Positions 13,650 through 27,093 of a stretch of DNA of 64,000 nucleotides are shown piece after piece. This DNA is from Tubulanus polymorphus (taxonomy: Eukaryota > Animalia > Nemertea). The notes beneath the pieces were generated by a model, which did not search any database, had not been told where the DNA came from, and worked only from the letters and a program-made list of their open reading frames with translations. The stretch spans positions 21,476,560 to 21,540,559 of the forward strand of contig NC_134027.1 in NCBI RefSeq assembly GCF_964204645.1. Reading direction: 5' to 3'. Position 1 is the stretch's first letter; every line of letters begins with the position of its first letter. Position numbers and translations under genes: made by a program.

Positions 13650-14615
13650 TCAATTCATCGAATTTCTACAGCAAATTTTCAGGCAGAAATATTCACGAAT
13701 TTCTCGTCCCAATAAAAGATAGATGTAGAAATTGATTACATAATTACACATTAGAAACTGATAGAATATTTCATATAATATTTGTTTCTGTCCGGTCGAG
13801 ATTGGTAATACTGTAGTAATAGTGTTTGGAAGTGTAAAAATTGCAAATGCGAGTGAAACTGTTACGAGCATTATTGTTGTACGTTTTGATTTTGAAGTTT
13901 TCTGATCGGACGAAACCATTTTTGAACCTCTGAATAACTGAACTATTATAACAGTATTATATGTGAATATCAAAGTTAAAGGCAGAAGAAAAACGTGTAC
14001 GATGAATACAACATGAGAAATGAATTGAGCGTATAACTGTTGGAAACATCCGAAAATCCGATCAGAAAACTCCCTTATCACCGCTGTGGGAATGCCTATC
14101 ACACATATATTTACTATGAAAATAATCAAAATGACGCATCGGGCGAATCGAGGTGTACATATCAAACGAGATGTGAACGGAAAGAGCACAACTGCTGCAC
14201 GCTCTTGAGATACGGCTACTATTAGCCATGAACTGCTGGCGCCCATCATTGACATTAGAGAATCGTAGATTTGACAACTGATCAGTGAATTTATGATGAA
14301 TATCGGACCGGTGTTTAGATGCAAGAGAAAATATTGTAAAACAGGCATCAATGTAAAACTGACACAGTAGACATAATCGCTGATCGACAAAGCGATCAGA
14401 TAGTTAGCGTAAGATAAGCCGCAGAATCTGCGACTTATCATTATCAGGAAAGTAGCTGAGTGTCCGAAGGCTCCCAACAGGAACAAGATAATCAGGATGA
14501 CTATAGATACAGTACGGGAGCTTCCAGACTGGTTTTCTACAGACATCAGAACGATGTAACTGTTGTAAGATCGACCAACACCAAGAGCCTGCGTCGCAGT
14601 AGTAGAATTCATCAC
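13650..14615 (-). CDS. Intronless class A (rhodopsin-like) GPCR, 321 aa, paralog 1
   Basis: Seven hydrophobic segments; LALSD-like YLIALSISD, TM3 VSQERA, TM7 NFYIY, helix 8 GREIR. Confidence 0.9.
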   Translation of the reverse strand: MMNSTTATQALGVGRSYNSYIVLMSVENQSGSSRTVSIVILIILFLLGAFGHSATFLIMISRRFCGLSYANYLIALSISDYVYCVSFTLMPVLQYFLLHLNTGPIFIINSLISCQIYDSLMSMMGASSSWLIVAVSQERAAVVLFPFTSRLICTPRFARCVILIIFIVNICVIGIPTAVIREFSDRIFGCFQQLYAQFISHVVFIVHVFLLPLTLIFTYNTVIIVQLFRGSKMVSSDQKTSKSKRTTIMLVTVSLAFAIFTLPNTITTVLPISTGQKQILYEIFYQFLMCNYVINFYIYLLLGREIREYFCLKICCRNSMN

Positions 14616-15680
14616 GCAACACGTTACACGTCCAATATAAACCTAAAAGCGATATCTCTTTAGTTTCTTGTTTGCAGGATCGCCGACTGACTGTCTTCTC
14701 ACAAATTGGTGAATGAATATCGCGCGAAAAAAAATCCTTGCCTTACTCGTCCTGTACTTGGTGGTGGTGATGGACTTACTGTCTCTTCGTGCATACTGAA
14801 AAACTTATTCTGCAGAAATGTGATAAAGTCATTGTTCATGGCAGCAGCAGCATCCATTCTTCATTTTACAATTCAGTGTTAACTGCGAAAATGAAAATCA
14901 ATTCTCAGAAATCTGACATTATTTGCCAAGATTTACGAAACATTTATTAGTGCGTAAAATACAAATGCAAGTAGATTAAATGGTGCCAAAGCCAGAAAGT
15001 CAAAACCGAATGAAGTTTCTAGTAGAAACAAGTCATTGTTCATGGCAGCAGCAGAGTCCATTCTTTATTTTACAATTTAGTGTTGACTGCGAAAATGAAA
15101 ATCAATTCTCAGAAATCTGACATTATTTGCCAAGATTTACGAAACGTTTATTAGTGCGTAAAATACACATGCGAGTAGATTAAATGTTGCTAAAGCCAGA
15201 AAGTCAAAACCGAATCAAGTTTCTAGTGGAAACCAGTGAACGGTTGAATGTTGCGAAAAGTTGGCAGTTTTTTTGCAGGTGAAAGTAAAATTCTGATTAT
15301 TCAAAATGGACGCCGTTTGAACCCCCTTTATATCGTGACCAGTGTCAGCAGTACTGAATACTAAATCAGGGGGTCACAGTGAGAAATAGGGGAAACTGTA
15401 AAAATGGTGTCTTACAATATGCGACAACCATTATCTATGTCAGTTTTACATTTAGACGTCGGCAATGACAAAGGCGTCAACTATAGGATATGAAAATAAA
15501 GGGACACAGATTGTGGATCTAGAGGTGAGCCAGCCAGGCTTTGGGCAGTCCAAAATTTGCAACGAGAGCTGCATTTAAGGTGAGCTTTCGACGATTTTTG
15601 TTTGTTGCCAGGATAGTTTCAGCCATTTTGAGCTGCTAAATTAAATAGTCTAGTTCGCCTTGGATTCTGATGAATCCCCA
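14616..15680. repeat. Upstream part of the segmental duplication shared with 19558-20435; contains an internal ~205-bp tandem duplication
   Basis: Direct sequence match to the GPCR paralog 2 flank; AAGTCATTGTTCATGGCAGCAGCAG occurs near 14826 and 15030. Confidence 0.85.
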
Positions 15681-16374
15681 AGGTGTCCGGCGGGGCGATT
15701 TTATTTCTCGTAAGAGACTCGCGCATGCACAGTTATGAATGATATAGAAATGTGAAAAATAAATTGCACTGTATAAAGTGTGCAGTATTCAGACCAGCGA
15801 ATATCTAATACTATCTTACACTAATCACGTTGAATCTGTGGACCAGTATATCAAATATTAAAACCAAACCCGCATCTCACTACCGACTATCATAATATTA
15901 ATGATAATCTCTAGACGACAAAACTTACTTTGTATTGCAACTGTGTATTTCGTTACTTTCAACTTCTCAGTGTTCTTCACAATTTATCTGTACGCTGTAC
16001 TGATAATTGCTGCTGAAGCGAAAATCAAAACTGGTGGAGCCTGGAACTTATAGGCCTAAAATGACATTATTTGAGATCTCTCTCCACTGGTTCTCCAGAG
16101 GTTTCTCTCCACATAATCAATTATTATCTACACATATCAACTCTCTACTAGATTCTGGTTAATGTCACTTTGTGTCACACAGCTATCCCCATCCACTTCT
16201 ACACCACTTAGTTACATATTTTGTTTTCATCCTAACTGTTCATAGAATTTTTCGGTTTCTACGGTACCCCGGTTATTTTCATTTGTCACTTGTTCTGTTC
16301 ATATTTATTCTGACACATCGCTTTTTTATGTCCTGTTAGTTTATATGCTACGTTACTTTCGTTTTCTGGTCATT

Positions 16375-16416
16375 CCGCCTGATGATGACTATTAGTCAAC
16401 AGCCGAAACGTTGTGG
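16375..16416 (+). ncRNA. Minimal hammerhead-ribozyme motif of Penelope-like element type
   Basis: CCGC-CTGATGA-T-GACTATT/AACAGCC (stem II, 2 mismatches)-GAAACGTT-GTGG; stem I CCGC/GTGG; palindromic ACGT stem III. Confidence 0.6.
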
Positions 16417-17733
16417 TTTCATTCTAATAGATTATTTCATATAAAATTCGAATTGTGGGACTTCTTCAATTAATCTGCAGTATACACGGATCAGAGTGTT
16501 TCATTCGACTGCTATTTGAGATCTTTTTTCCAGAAATTAAAACACCCGAAAGAATTCAAATGAGATTATCATCTCATAACTACAATAGTTTGAGATTTCC
16601 TGTACAAATGTTGACATGGTGATATATTTAATGCTGAAAAGTGAAATACATGTATTATAGATGTCGTCGATTATTGTGATCTAGATTTATTAACGCCACT
16701 GTTTAACTCTTCCATGAAGTAAATCTTTTGCACATTTTGAATATCCATCAGATGTATTCGGAAATTTGATATAAAGCGTATAAATGTATTATGGAAAAAG
16801 TAAATTGATTCCTTAAACAGACCTTTTAGCACAGTTCATTTAAATTATCTTTTGGTTATTTTACAGTCTTTTTCTGTTGGTGGAAGGTATATACGTAGGC
16901 ATAGGCCTTCTCTAAATTGGGTTTTTCTTTAGATGGACAATGTCCATTGATTTTCAAAACAGTCACTGCATTGTGCAGTGAATCTAAATTTATGTTAACA
17001 ATCGAATGGGCAAACGGAAAAAAGCAATTAATTCTTGTTCATGGCAGCAGCTATAATTCTTTATTCGTTAGAAAGAGAACAATTTACTTAAGATTCATTG
17101 TTGACTGCGAAGTGATAATTTATTCTCAAGAAATCTAACACGATTTTCTCAGCTTTATGAAAGGTTAATTTTGTGAAATGTAACTGAATTGAATTATGCT
17201 AAATCGGAAGGTTAAGATTGATGAATCAAGTTTGTAGCGATAACCACTGAAAACTAACGCTGTTCCGAAACATAGAAGACCATGGGCGAATAGAATGACT
17301 TCACTTTGAAGTATAACGCAAGTGCCAACTTAAGATTTATTCTGTACATCATAGAGGTAAGCGTATAAATGAGTAAGTTTTATCTTGATTCAACTTCAAG
17401 AAATAGTTTATCGCACAGTTAGAACAATTACAGCTTGAATTTTTAAAATATTACAGATTAGGAAATTATTCAATTCTAAATAGTTCATGGTACCATACAG
17501 TGAAATATATCACAAGTTACGTAAACAAGTTCATCGCGCAATTGAAATTACAGTTTGAATGTTAAGAATTTGAATATCAAGAGTAAATCAAAAGAAAACT
17601 ATTATAATTTGGCTTCTTATATTTGAAGTGAAGAAAAACAGCATTATTCACGTGGTATACGATGAACTGGTTTTCTGACAGCTGCTAACGCGCATGAATA
17701 AGTGCCGGTATTTTTCTCTTCCCCAACAGGGGT

Positions 17734-18046
17734 CAGGGGTGGACCCAGAGGGGGGATCCGGACCCCTTTATGACCAAGTGCCCTTTTGAAATCACATGTG
17801 AAAAATTCAAACCGACATTGATCTATGACGGAAGTCCACAGTACCACTTAAAGCTGTAATATGCACTAAAATTGCATAAAAATGTGCATATTTCTGAGAA
17901 CTTCCTGGGGAGTACTCCAGAACACCCCCCCCCGCATGAACATCACGCCCCTTGCGTTCGTCGGGACGTCCTCCACGAGTAATTAAAGGCCCTCGTCATG
18001 TGAGGTGAACCCAGCCCCCCTTACGCTCAGCCTGGATCAGCCCCTG
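17734..18046. mobile_element. hAT-like MITE
   Basis: TIRs CAGGGGTGGACCCAG / CTGGATCAGCCCCTG; absent from the paralogous segment near 24770. Confidence 0.7.
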
Positions 18047-18606
18047 CCCAGGCTCATATCATATCCACTAAATAACGCTGTTTATTCAGACTTATTCCAA
18101 AAATAAACCTAGGCCTACGATAAAACTAAACGGTAGCGGCACACCAGTGTGAGAATGTGAATTATTCTTCTTCTATAAAGGTGCGCGATGTCTAGGGATA
18201 TCCCGATCCTCTTTGATGTAAGGCGGGAAAATGAATATAATTTCATGGAATTCTAGTATTCTGTTCTCGAATAGTTTTCCTTCATGATTGTGGGGTTTGT
18301 ATTCAGTACTGTCCGATATTCGACAACGCACTTTCAACCATGCACCGGTTGAGTCTTCTAACCGTTCAGCGAATCTTGCGCAACTCAGTGTAGTTTAACG
18401 AAAGTTTTCAATATGCTCCTATAGATAAACAGTTAGAATTTCACATTCTATACCAGCCGTTCAGAAATCAATTCATATGCGAATCATTTGTGGATGAAAA
18501 TCGTAATAAATATATTTGACACGGAATATGAATGAGATAAGCAGATCTAATAGTTTGACAGCTTGGGATGAAGACATAACTCGTGCAACTCAAAAATTTA
18601 AAATCA

Positions 18607-19557
18607 TTACACATTTCTACAGCAAATTTTCAGGCAGAAATATTCACGAATTTCTCTTCCTAATAAAAGATAGATGTAAAAATTGATTACATAATTACAC
18701 ATAAGAAACTGATAGAATATTTCATATAATATTTGTTTCTGTCCTGTCGAGATTGGCAATACTGCAGTAATAGTGTTTGGAAGTGTAAAAATTGCAAATG
18801 CGAGTGAAACTGTTACGAGCATTATTGTTGTACGTTTTGATTTTGAAGTTTTCTGATCGGACGAAACCATTTTTGAACCTCTGTACAACTGAACTATTAT
18901 AACAGTATTAGATGTGAATATCAAAGTTAAAGGCAGAAGAAAAACGTGGACGATGAATACAACATGAGAAATGAATTGATCGAATAACTGTTGGTAACAT
19001 CCGAAAATAGGATCAGAAAACTCCAACATCACCGCTGTGGGAATGCCTATCACACATATATTTACTATGAAAATAATCAAAATGACGCATTGGGCAAATC
19101 TAGGTGTACATATCAAACGAGATGTGAACGGGAAGAGCACAACTGCCGCACGTTCTAGAGATACGGCTACTATTAGCCATGAACTGCTGGCGCCCATCAT
19201 TGACATTAGAGAATCATACATTTGACAACTGATCAGTGAATTTATGATGAATATCGGACCGGTGTTTAGATGCAAGAGATAATACTGTAAAACAGGCATC
19301 AATGTAAAACTGACACAGTAGACAAAATCGCTGATCGACAAAGCGATCAGATAGTTAGCGTAAGATAAGCCGCAGAATCTGCGACTTATCATTATCAGGA
19401 AAGTAGCTGAGGTTCCGAAGGCTCCCAACAGGAACAAGATAATCAGGATGACTATAGATACAGTACGGGAGCTTCCAGACTGGTTTTCTACAGACATCAG
19501 AACGATGTAACTGTTGTAAGATCGACCAAGAGCCTGCGTCACAGTAGAATTCATCAC
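18607..19557 (-). CDS. Intronless class A GPCR, 316 aa, paralog 2
   Basis: Highly similar to 13650-14615; VSLERA and NFYIY motifs. Confidence 0.9.
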   Translation of the reverse strand: MMNSTVTQALGRSYNSYIVLMSVENQSGSSRTVSIVILIILFLLGAFGTSATFLIMISRRFCGLSYANYLIALSISDFVYCVSFTLMPVLQYYLLHLNTGPIFIINSLISCQMYDSLMSMMGASSSWLIVAVSLERAAVVLFPFTSRLICTPRFAQCVILIIFIVNICVIGIPTAVMLEFSDPIFGCYQQLFDQFISHVVFIVHVFLLPLTLIFTSNTVIIVQLYRGSKMVSSDQKTSKSKRTTIMLVTVSLAFAIFTLPNTITAVLPISTGQKQILYEIFYQFLMCNYVINFYIYLLLGREIREYFCLKICCRNV

Positions 19558-22129
19558 TCAACACGTTACATGTCCAATATAAACCTAAATGCGATATCTC
19601 TTTAGTTTCTTGTTTGCAGGATCACCGACTGACTGTCTTCTCACTAAATTGGTGAATGAATATCGCGCGAAAGAAATCCTTGCCTCACTCGTCCTCATGC
19701 AGTAGAACTCTTAATTTTGAAATGTACTTGGTGGTGGTGAAGGACTAACTGTCTCTTCGTTCATACTGAAAAACTAACTCTGCAGAAATGTAATAAAGTC
19801 ATTGTTCATGGCAGCAGCAGCATCCATTCTTCATTTTACAATTTAGTGTTGACTGCGAAAATGAAATCAATTCTCAGAAATCTGACATTATTTGCCAAGA
19901 TTTATGAAACGTTTATTAGTGCGTAAAATACAAATGCAAGTAGATTAAATGGTGCCAAAGCCAGAAAGTCAAAACCGAATGAAGTTTTGTAGTGGAAACC
20001 AGTTAACAGTTGAATTTTGCAAAAAGTTGGCAGTTTTTTTCCAGGTGAAAGTAAAATTCAGATTAATCAAAATGGACGCCGTTTGACCCCCGTTTACATC
20101 GTGACCAGTGTCAGCAGTACTGAATACTAAATCAGAGGTCACAGTGCGAAATAGGGGAAACTGTAAAAATGGTGTGTTACAATATGCGACGACCACTATC
20201 TATGTCAGCTTTACATTTAGAGGTTACGTCGGCAATGGCAAAGGCAGGCTATGGGAAAAAGGGACACAGCTTGTGAACTTAGAGGTGAGCCAGCCAGGCT
20301 TTTGGCAGTCCAAAATGTGCAACGAGAACTGCATTTAAGGAGAGCTTTTGACGATTTTTGTTTGTTGCCGGGATAGTTTCAGCCATTTTGAGCTGCTATA
20401 TTAATAGTCTAGTTCACCTTGGATTCTGATGAATCGGTAATTCTTACTATTTTTACCTGTCTACGATTCAAAACTAAATTGTCATAATGTTCACCAAAAA
20501 AAAAGTTGTCGCGACATTTTCTATTGAAGTTAACGGTCACATTAAGCAGTTGACGTGGCTACAGGAGGTTGTTAAAATTTAACCACTGGTTAAGGATATT
20601 TAACGACGCAATAACTTTTGAGCAACCGAATTTATCGTTAAGAAATGACGACATGGTAAGTGGTTTAACGACATAATAGGAGTTAACCAACTTTTGAGCA
20701 ACCGGCCCAAGATTGTGTCAGAATGTCCCGGTCGGGATGATAAATGAACTATTCATATGGTAGTAAGATTTGGGTACTCAATTCGGGTACTCAGACAAGT
20801 CAATTTTTGATTGAGTAAACAATTCAGATATCAGATGGTTTTAATCTGAGGCTGCTTTCATAGACCCTGGAATAAATTTGAAAAACAGAAGGCATATGAT
20901 ATGCGTATATTTACCAAGAGGAACTGAAGCACGCCAGCTGCTGCAAACACGATACGGGAATATCGATTTTATCATTAAAGCTAAGCGTGAAAACCGAAAT
21001 AATTGTTTCATCTCCTCCCCATGTGTATGGTTGATCTATGTAAATCGAAAGCAATTCATAAATTTATCTTCGATGGGATGGTTGATGGGGAGACTTAAAC
21101 ATATCAACGTCACAGTAATAAGAAAGATGGGTCATGAACCTCCTATAACTGAATTGCCTACAGTACAGGACAGTTGACGTAGATACCCTCCCGGCAGTTG
21201 AGATTGACGGTTGACAGTATTACACCTACTTGATCACGATGACGGTACAGTCATCACCTACTAGGTGATGACTGTACAGAACGGTTGAGATTAGATACCC
21301 TACATACAAAGTTTTACAACCACTTTGGTCAGGGACTTTTCAAGATCGTCGACACCCGACCCTTACACTCTAGATACATGTTTTTCTCCTCTGCTTGTGG
21401 ACGGAGGGAAAAAATGTACCGGTACGTATAAAGTGTTTTGTTATTGTGCTGCTGGCAAAAAAAGAATGGTTTGAAACTTGCCTTAATGCCCTAGCAATTG
21501 TCATGTTTGTATATTTCAAAATAATTATTGTTAAATTCAATGATTAATTGACATTGGGAATTGTGTACTCCGACTTTGTTATGATAGATGAATTAGATTT
21601 ACTTCATTATTACCGGTACCGATATTTCATTGCAACTGCTTTGTTGTATTGCTAGTTCTCAATGAGATTTCGTTTGATTTCGTTGAGGTTTCGTGCTGAT
21701 ACATTTAATACATTGATTTCGAATCGTGTAAAAGTATTCTAATTTTTATTTGAATTTTATTGTTTTCGTTATTTGTTTATTTGGGATTTCCATTGAGAAA
21801 TGAATTGTAACTTTTCAACAATTCGTTTTCTTCTCGATCTTGAATCATGCTGTTTTTCGTCGAATTTTATTGTGACCTGACGAAAAACATAAAATGAATA
21901 TCGCATTTGACTTTTTGAGAGATTTTGAAAAATTGCCAACTGTAATTGTTATGAAATTGACGTGTTTTTGGATGGCTATGAAAACGGAGTCGAACCAAAA
22001 ACAGGAAATAAGGATTCTTTCATTGCGTACGCTTATTTACAAATGATCAGCTGCCGTCTGGAGACAGTACAATCAGACCAACTGACAAACATTTCTCATT
22101 GTCAAAATAATTGGTCCTTTTTAAATGTC

Positions 22130-22410
22130 AAATGAACATTTAGTTTTGACAGAATATCTACGATAGCGATTTTGACGCGTCAAATGATAATGAGTTTTGA
22201 CAGTATGTCTATGATTGCGATTTGGTTTTGACAGAATATGTGCCGAGATCAAATTTGACGCGTCAAATACTATGTTTTGACGAGCATTTAATGTTGGGTA
22301 GACGAGTAAATTCGATATTTAGTTTTGACAGGTAGAAAATGAAAGTTTAACGAGTAAAATATGAAAGTTTGACGGGTAAATTTGATGTTTCATTTTGACA
22401 GAATACCTAT
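22130..22410. repeat. Degenerate short-period repeat built on TTTTGAC
   Basis: About ten TTTGAC(A/G) units at irregular spacing of roughly 15-50 bp. Confidence 0.6.
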
Positions 22411-24065
22411 GCCATATAGGTAGGCCTTCGTATAAACGTGTCTACACTTTCCTTCTATATACACGAAATTCTTTTTTCAAAAACCTATAGAGATTAGCGT
22501 GTGGCCTTCGTATTGTTTTTGGCATTCGCATTGCACATATTGTACCCGTACCAGCTGTATTCCCATCAACTGAATTGCAGTTTCGCTGGATATTGTGCAA
22601 GGTGTCAAATTGGCTGTTTCTCACTCTTCGTCACCAAATGAACAAATAAAAAACCACCCTGTGTGTACTCGGTACATACACTCGTTCAATACTGGCATCA
22701 TTGCTGGCAACTATAAATTATGTATATCTGTCTCATCCTGTACCCTAAACCGGTAACACGCTGAGACGAGTGAAACCACACAACATCGTGAAACTAAAGT
22801 CTGCATCAGAAAATGGTAAGTCGAAACAAATATAGCCGCAAAGCAGTGTTGACACATTTTGTATTATTGGACCTAAAAGAAACGTTGATGTGTATCATGG
22901 TGACAATTTCGGATTCATAAGTCTAATCCTCTCTACTTCGACTCATCCATTCTCAATTCAATTAATCAAGAAACGGGAATTAGTATTACAATAGTTGGTT
23001 CAAAAGAATGCGAATTCATGACTATTTTTGTTGTACCAGGGTTTTCATTATCAATATTTCTATTTGATCCTATTTCATTTTCGTATCCGTGGCCCTTTAG
23101 ATGACAGGTTTTAGATGACTATCGTTCAACTTACATTTCACCTCAACGTTGAAATACAGAAACTTAAAAAAAAAAGCCTGAATATATAACTGTAAGACTA
23201 TTTTTACATATGTATTTTCTAAATTCATTTTTTTAGGCCCAAAATGTTGAGTAAGTATCTAATCGAATACGCTTTTATATCGTGTCTATGCGAACGAACT
23301 AATATATTGTCATTTGGACACATGATTACGTATCTGAATGCATTTTGTGGTGGTAGTGTAAGAATCCCAAAATATCTTTCTTCCTTTACAGTTCTATTTT
23401 TTATCATATTCAGTTTCCTTTTTTTTCTTTTGTATTTTTTAGCTGGCTCTATTTAATCACGCGCAGAGGGTGAACTTTCTTTATCTTTATGAATGAGTTA
23501 TTACGCGTATGAACCCAATTCAAACACACTGAGATAGCACGATGTTTATGACAATTTAATCAGGGGTTATGGAAAATCCCTCGTTTGTGTGAAGGCTGAT
23601 CGTCGGATGTTCCAGTAGAACCAGGCTCAGAGGCCAGAGATTGATCCGCTACCTATAGATTAGTTCGTCTATCTTCCAGCTAAATCACCCCCACCGACCA
23701 CTCTGTCACCTCCCGACTAAGGCGAAGAAAGGCTATGTTTTCCACGCTACGTGCCAACGAGCTAAATTCATTTATGAAATTTTGATAATTTTCTTCTAAA
23801 ACACATTTTGTATGCGTGGTGCATAGAAATAATAGCACCTGATTCGAAATTCAATTTTGTTGAATTCTTTTCTTTATTTCTGAATAGAAAAATGCGATTG
23901 TCCAAAGTTTTTTTGAGTTTTACAAATTAACGACATTTTTACAATTTACAATTTACTGAAGGTCACCGTTATCTGTTAACATTGAATACAGGATAAAGTT
24001 GTATGAAATAAAATCTTGAAAGCATAAATGGTTATTTTACTGAATATCTGCAGTTAATTTTCATT

Positions 24066-24185
24066 CAAAAATATTCACGAATTTCCCGTCCCTATAAAAT
24101 ATATATGTAAAAATTTACCGGAAAATTGCAAACATGGAATTGATTGAAAATGACATAAAGAAACTCCCTCTGTTCCGGGGAGACT
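24066..24185 (-). pseudogene. GPCR pseudogene remnant (TM7 and helix 8)
   Basis: Reads SPEQREFLYVIFNQFHVCNFPVNFYIYIL*GREIREYF versus STGQKQILYEIFYQFLMCNYVINFYIYLLLGREIREYF in the intact paralogs. Confidence 0.8.
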
Positions 24186-26141
24186 GTCATCATACATCAT
24201 TAGAAATACGATAATCACACTCAAACGTGGTGAACAGATGATAAGAATCATCATTAGAAGTCTAATCGTAGAAATGAGAAAGTTGTCTCCTGATTCAATT
24301 ACAAAATAAAAAGAGTTCATCGCACAGTTAGAATATATATATATATCAGATTGAGTTTTGCAGAATTCATTAATTCTGAATAATTCATTGTACCGCATTG
24401 TGAAATATATCTCAATTGAAATTGCAGTTTGAATATCAAGAATTTGAATATCAAGAGTAAATCAACTGACAACTATTCATTATATTTGGGTTCATAACTT
24501 TTGAAGTGAGGAAAACAGAATTATTCACGTGCGATGAACTGGTTTTCTGAACACGCACCCTAGGTTTTCGTAGTCGACTAGTGTTTGGGACTAAGAACCG
24601 AATGCGCTTAACTTCCGAACTATTTCCAGAATATAGTTCCGACTAATCAACCCTCGGTTTCACTTATTTCGTCTATAGTCGACTTATTCCGATAACCGAA
24701 GTTGGCCCTAGCCGAAGTTGGCCCTAGCTGCTGATTACGCGAATGAATTAGTGCCGGTCTTTGTCTCTCATGCCCAGGCCTCATGTCATAACCAAAATAA
24801 CGCAGTTTATTCAGACTTATTCCAAAAATATTACCAGGCCTTACGATACAACCTACCGGTAGCGGTACACCTGTGCCCGTGTGAATCATTCTTTTTTTAG
24901 AAGGTGCACGATGTCGGTTCGCGATGTCTAGGGATATCCCGATCGATATGACGTCAGGCGGAAAAATAAATATAATTTCACGGAATTTCTCTATACTCTT
25001 CTCTCATAGCTTTCCTTCATAATTGTGGGGTTTGTATTCAATACTGTCCGATATTCAACAACGCACTTTCAACCCAGCACCGATCGAGTGTTTTGAGCGT
25101 TCAGCGATCTTGCGCAACTCAGTGCAGTTTAACGAAAGTCCCGACGAGGCGATTTTCATAGCTGAAGTCGTTCGAGTTATAAAGGTGTAAAAGGTGTAAA
25201 AGGTGTAAAGGTGAAAAACTATTTTCAATATGCTCCTATGAATAAACAGTTAAAAAGTCCCTTTCTATACCAGCTGTTCAAAGATCAATTCATGCGCGAA
25301 TTTTTTGCGTATGATAATCGTGATAAATATGTTTGACACGGAATATGAACAAAATAAGCGGACTTAATACTTTGACAGATTGGGAAAAAGACAAAACTCA
25401 TGCAACTATATGTAGAGTAATGTCTGGTGTTTGGAGCCACACAAAAAAAACTTTAGAGCCCGATATCTAGCTTTTTGAAAGTTCCTTCTTCATCGAATAA
25501 AATTACCATCGCCGACCAGCTTAACCAACCTCTTTTGAAAAAATTCTATCGTCGATGGATCTTGTCACGTGCATCCGTCGTTGGCGCAGTCGAGGCTACA
25601 TCTAGCCAGTCAAACGCCATTTTGTTCTATATCGATTTACTTCATCTCTCGAAAACAATTTTGTTGTATTGACCCTGCTATATTGATATTGGGATTTCTT
25701 GCTGTAAATAAAGAAAAAAGAACGCATCGACCTACTACCCACTTTATGAATAAGTTGTGAAATTATTCTTTTTCTACCTTTTTTGACCCACAAACTCCAT
25801 TTCAAATTGTCCCGCCTGCAAAACTAAGGCTTTTTGGTGTGGCCTGAGTCGCATTTTTTCGTTATTATGGAAATGAGCAAACATATACGAATTATATACA
25901 TGATTTTCTTACTTTTTGGACAAATGATATACGGCTTTACACCACATATGACAGCGTCTGGCTCATTTTATTTAATGGCAGGAGATCGTGAAGCATTGCA
26001 CTGTACGTAAGTGAATATCAGTCAAGCTTTACGTACAGAATTCGTATCTCATCTAAAAACTATTTCTCAGTAAGATTGATAATAACTGTTCATTGCGAAA
26101 TATAAAATATTTGCAATTCAACTAACTCATTTGAGCACGCA

Positions 26142-26148
26142 TATAAAT
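26142..26148 (+). promoter_or_regulatory. TATA box of ShK-like gene 1
   Basis: TATAAAT about 125 bp upstream of the ATG; homologous site near 28830 in gene 2. Confidence 0.55.
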
Positions 26149-26265
26149 ACTCCGTGCTTGTGACTTTTTTAGAGATTGCATGCGAAAGTGACCGAAACAT
26201 GAGTTTTTAGTTGATAGTATTAAGGAATGGTTCGCGTGCAATACATTTTTGTATGAAATTTCAGA

Positions 26266-27093
26266 ATGGCTTCGCTTACAGTAATTGTTCTGTTGGTAAC
26301 GTTAGCGCTCGTGTGTGCTGAACAATGTAAGTGTACTTGGCCGATTTCTTTTCACAAATCAACTTTTTCTTCGATTTCATCGTGCACCGATACCGACAGT
26401 TATGTCTTTTTGTATTTTCAAGCATTTTTAGAAGATGATAGGCGTGGTGTATTAGTGAAACGTAAGTTTGTCAAATTAAAGTAAAATAAATTCTTTCTTT
26501 CTTTGAGTTTATAAAAAGAAAATCTTACTCAAAGAAATCATCTATCATAAAAACATGCAAATTTGATACTCGTCCTCTCGAAAATTGCATCCTTTCGGGT
26601 AGGTTTACTGGAAACATTTATCAACGCCTTCGACACGCACCTCAAGAAGAAAATGTCATTTCTTTTCATTCGGAGCCCATACTTGCAGCATTTCTAGATC
26701 CAACCCCGTATTAAGGGAATTGTTAGAAAAATTGATAATAACTTCATCTGGACCCAGTTGCAGTGTTCGGAGTTTGATTAAAGTTTAGTTTGAAATAGAT
26801 AACTCCCTGTGATTTAACTCTACAGTCAATCGAAAAGTCACTGGGTCATGCTAAGTTCTAATGCTTCTGCATTCCTTAACGTACGTAGCTACGCCTCCAA
26901 AACAAAGTACATGTTATTTAGATATGTTTTCTTAAACTCATTTTTCAGATGTTGTCAATGGATTCTTATCTACAATTTTTCTATCGTAGGTGCCTGTAAA
27001 AATCGCAGCGGAAATGCGATGTGTTCTAAATTGAGCTGCAAGAGTAAAAAACATAAAACCGTTATGTGCAGAAAGAAATGCGGCGCGTGTTAA
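26266..27093 (+). CDS. ShK-fold toxin-like prepropeptide 1, 67 aa; exons 26266-26326, 26423-26461, 26990-27093
   Basis: GT-AG phase-1 introns; MASLTVIVLLVTLALVCAEQSFLEDDRRGVLVKR / ACKNRSGNAMCSKLSCKSKKHKTVMCRKKCGAC; signal, acidic pro region, KR site, C-x8-C-x4-C-x9-C-x3-C-x2-C; AATAAA near 27297 and 27315. Confidence 0.92.

Noticed and set aside
22130-22410. Regularly spaced TTTTGAC units resembling a CRISPR array
   Set aside because: Units are short, degenerate and irregular; no cas genes; eukaryotic context
26848-27093. ORF-track 81-aa protein starting MLSSNAS
   Set aside because: Upstream part is intron; only 26990-27093 is conserved as an exon in gene 2
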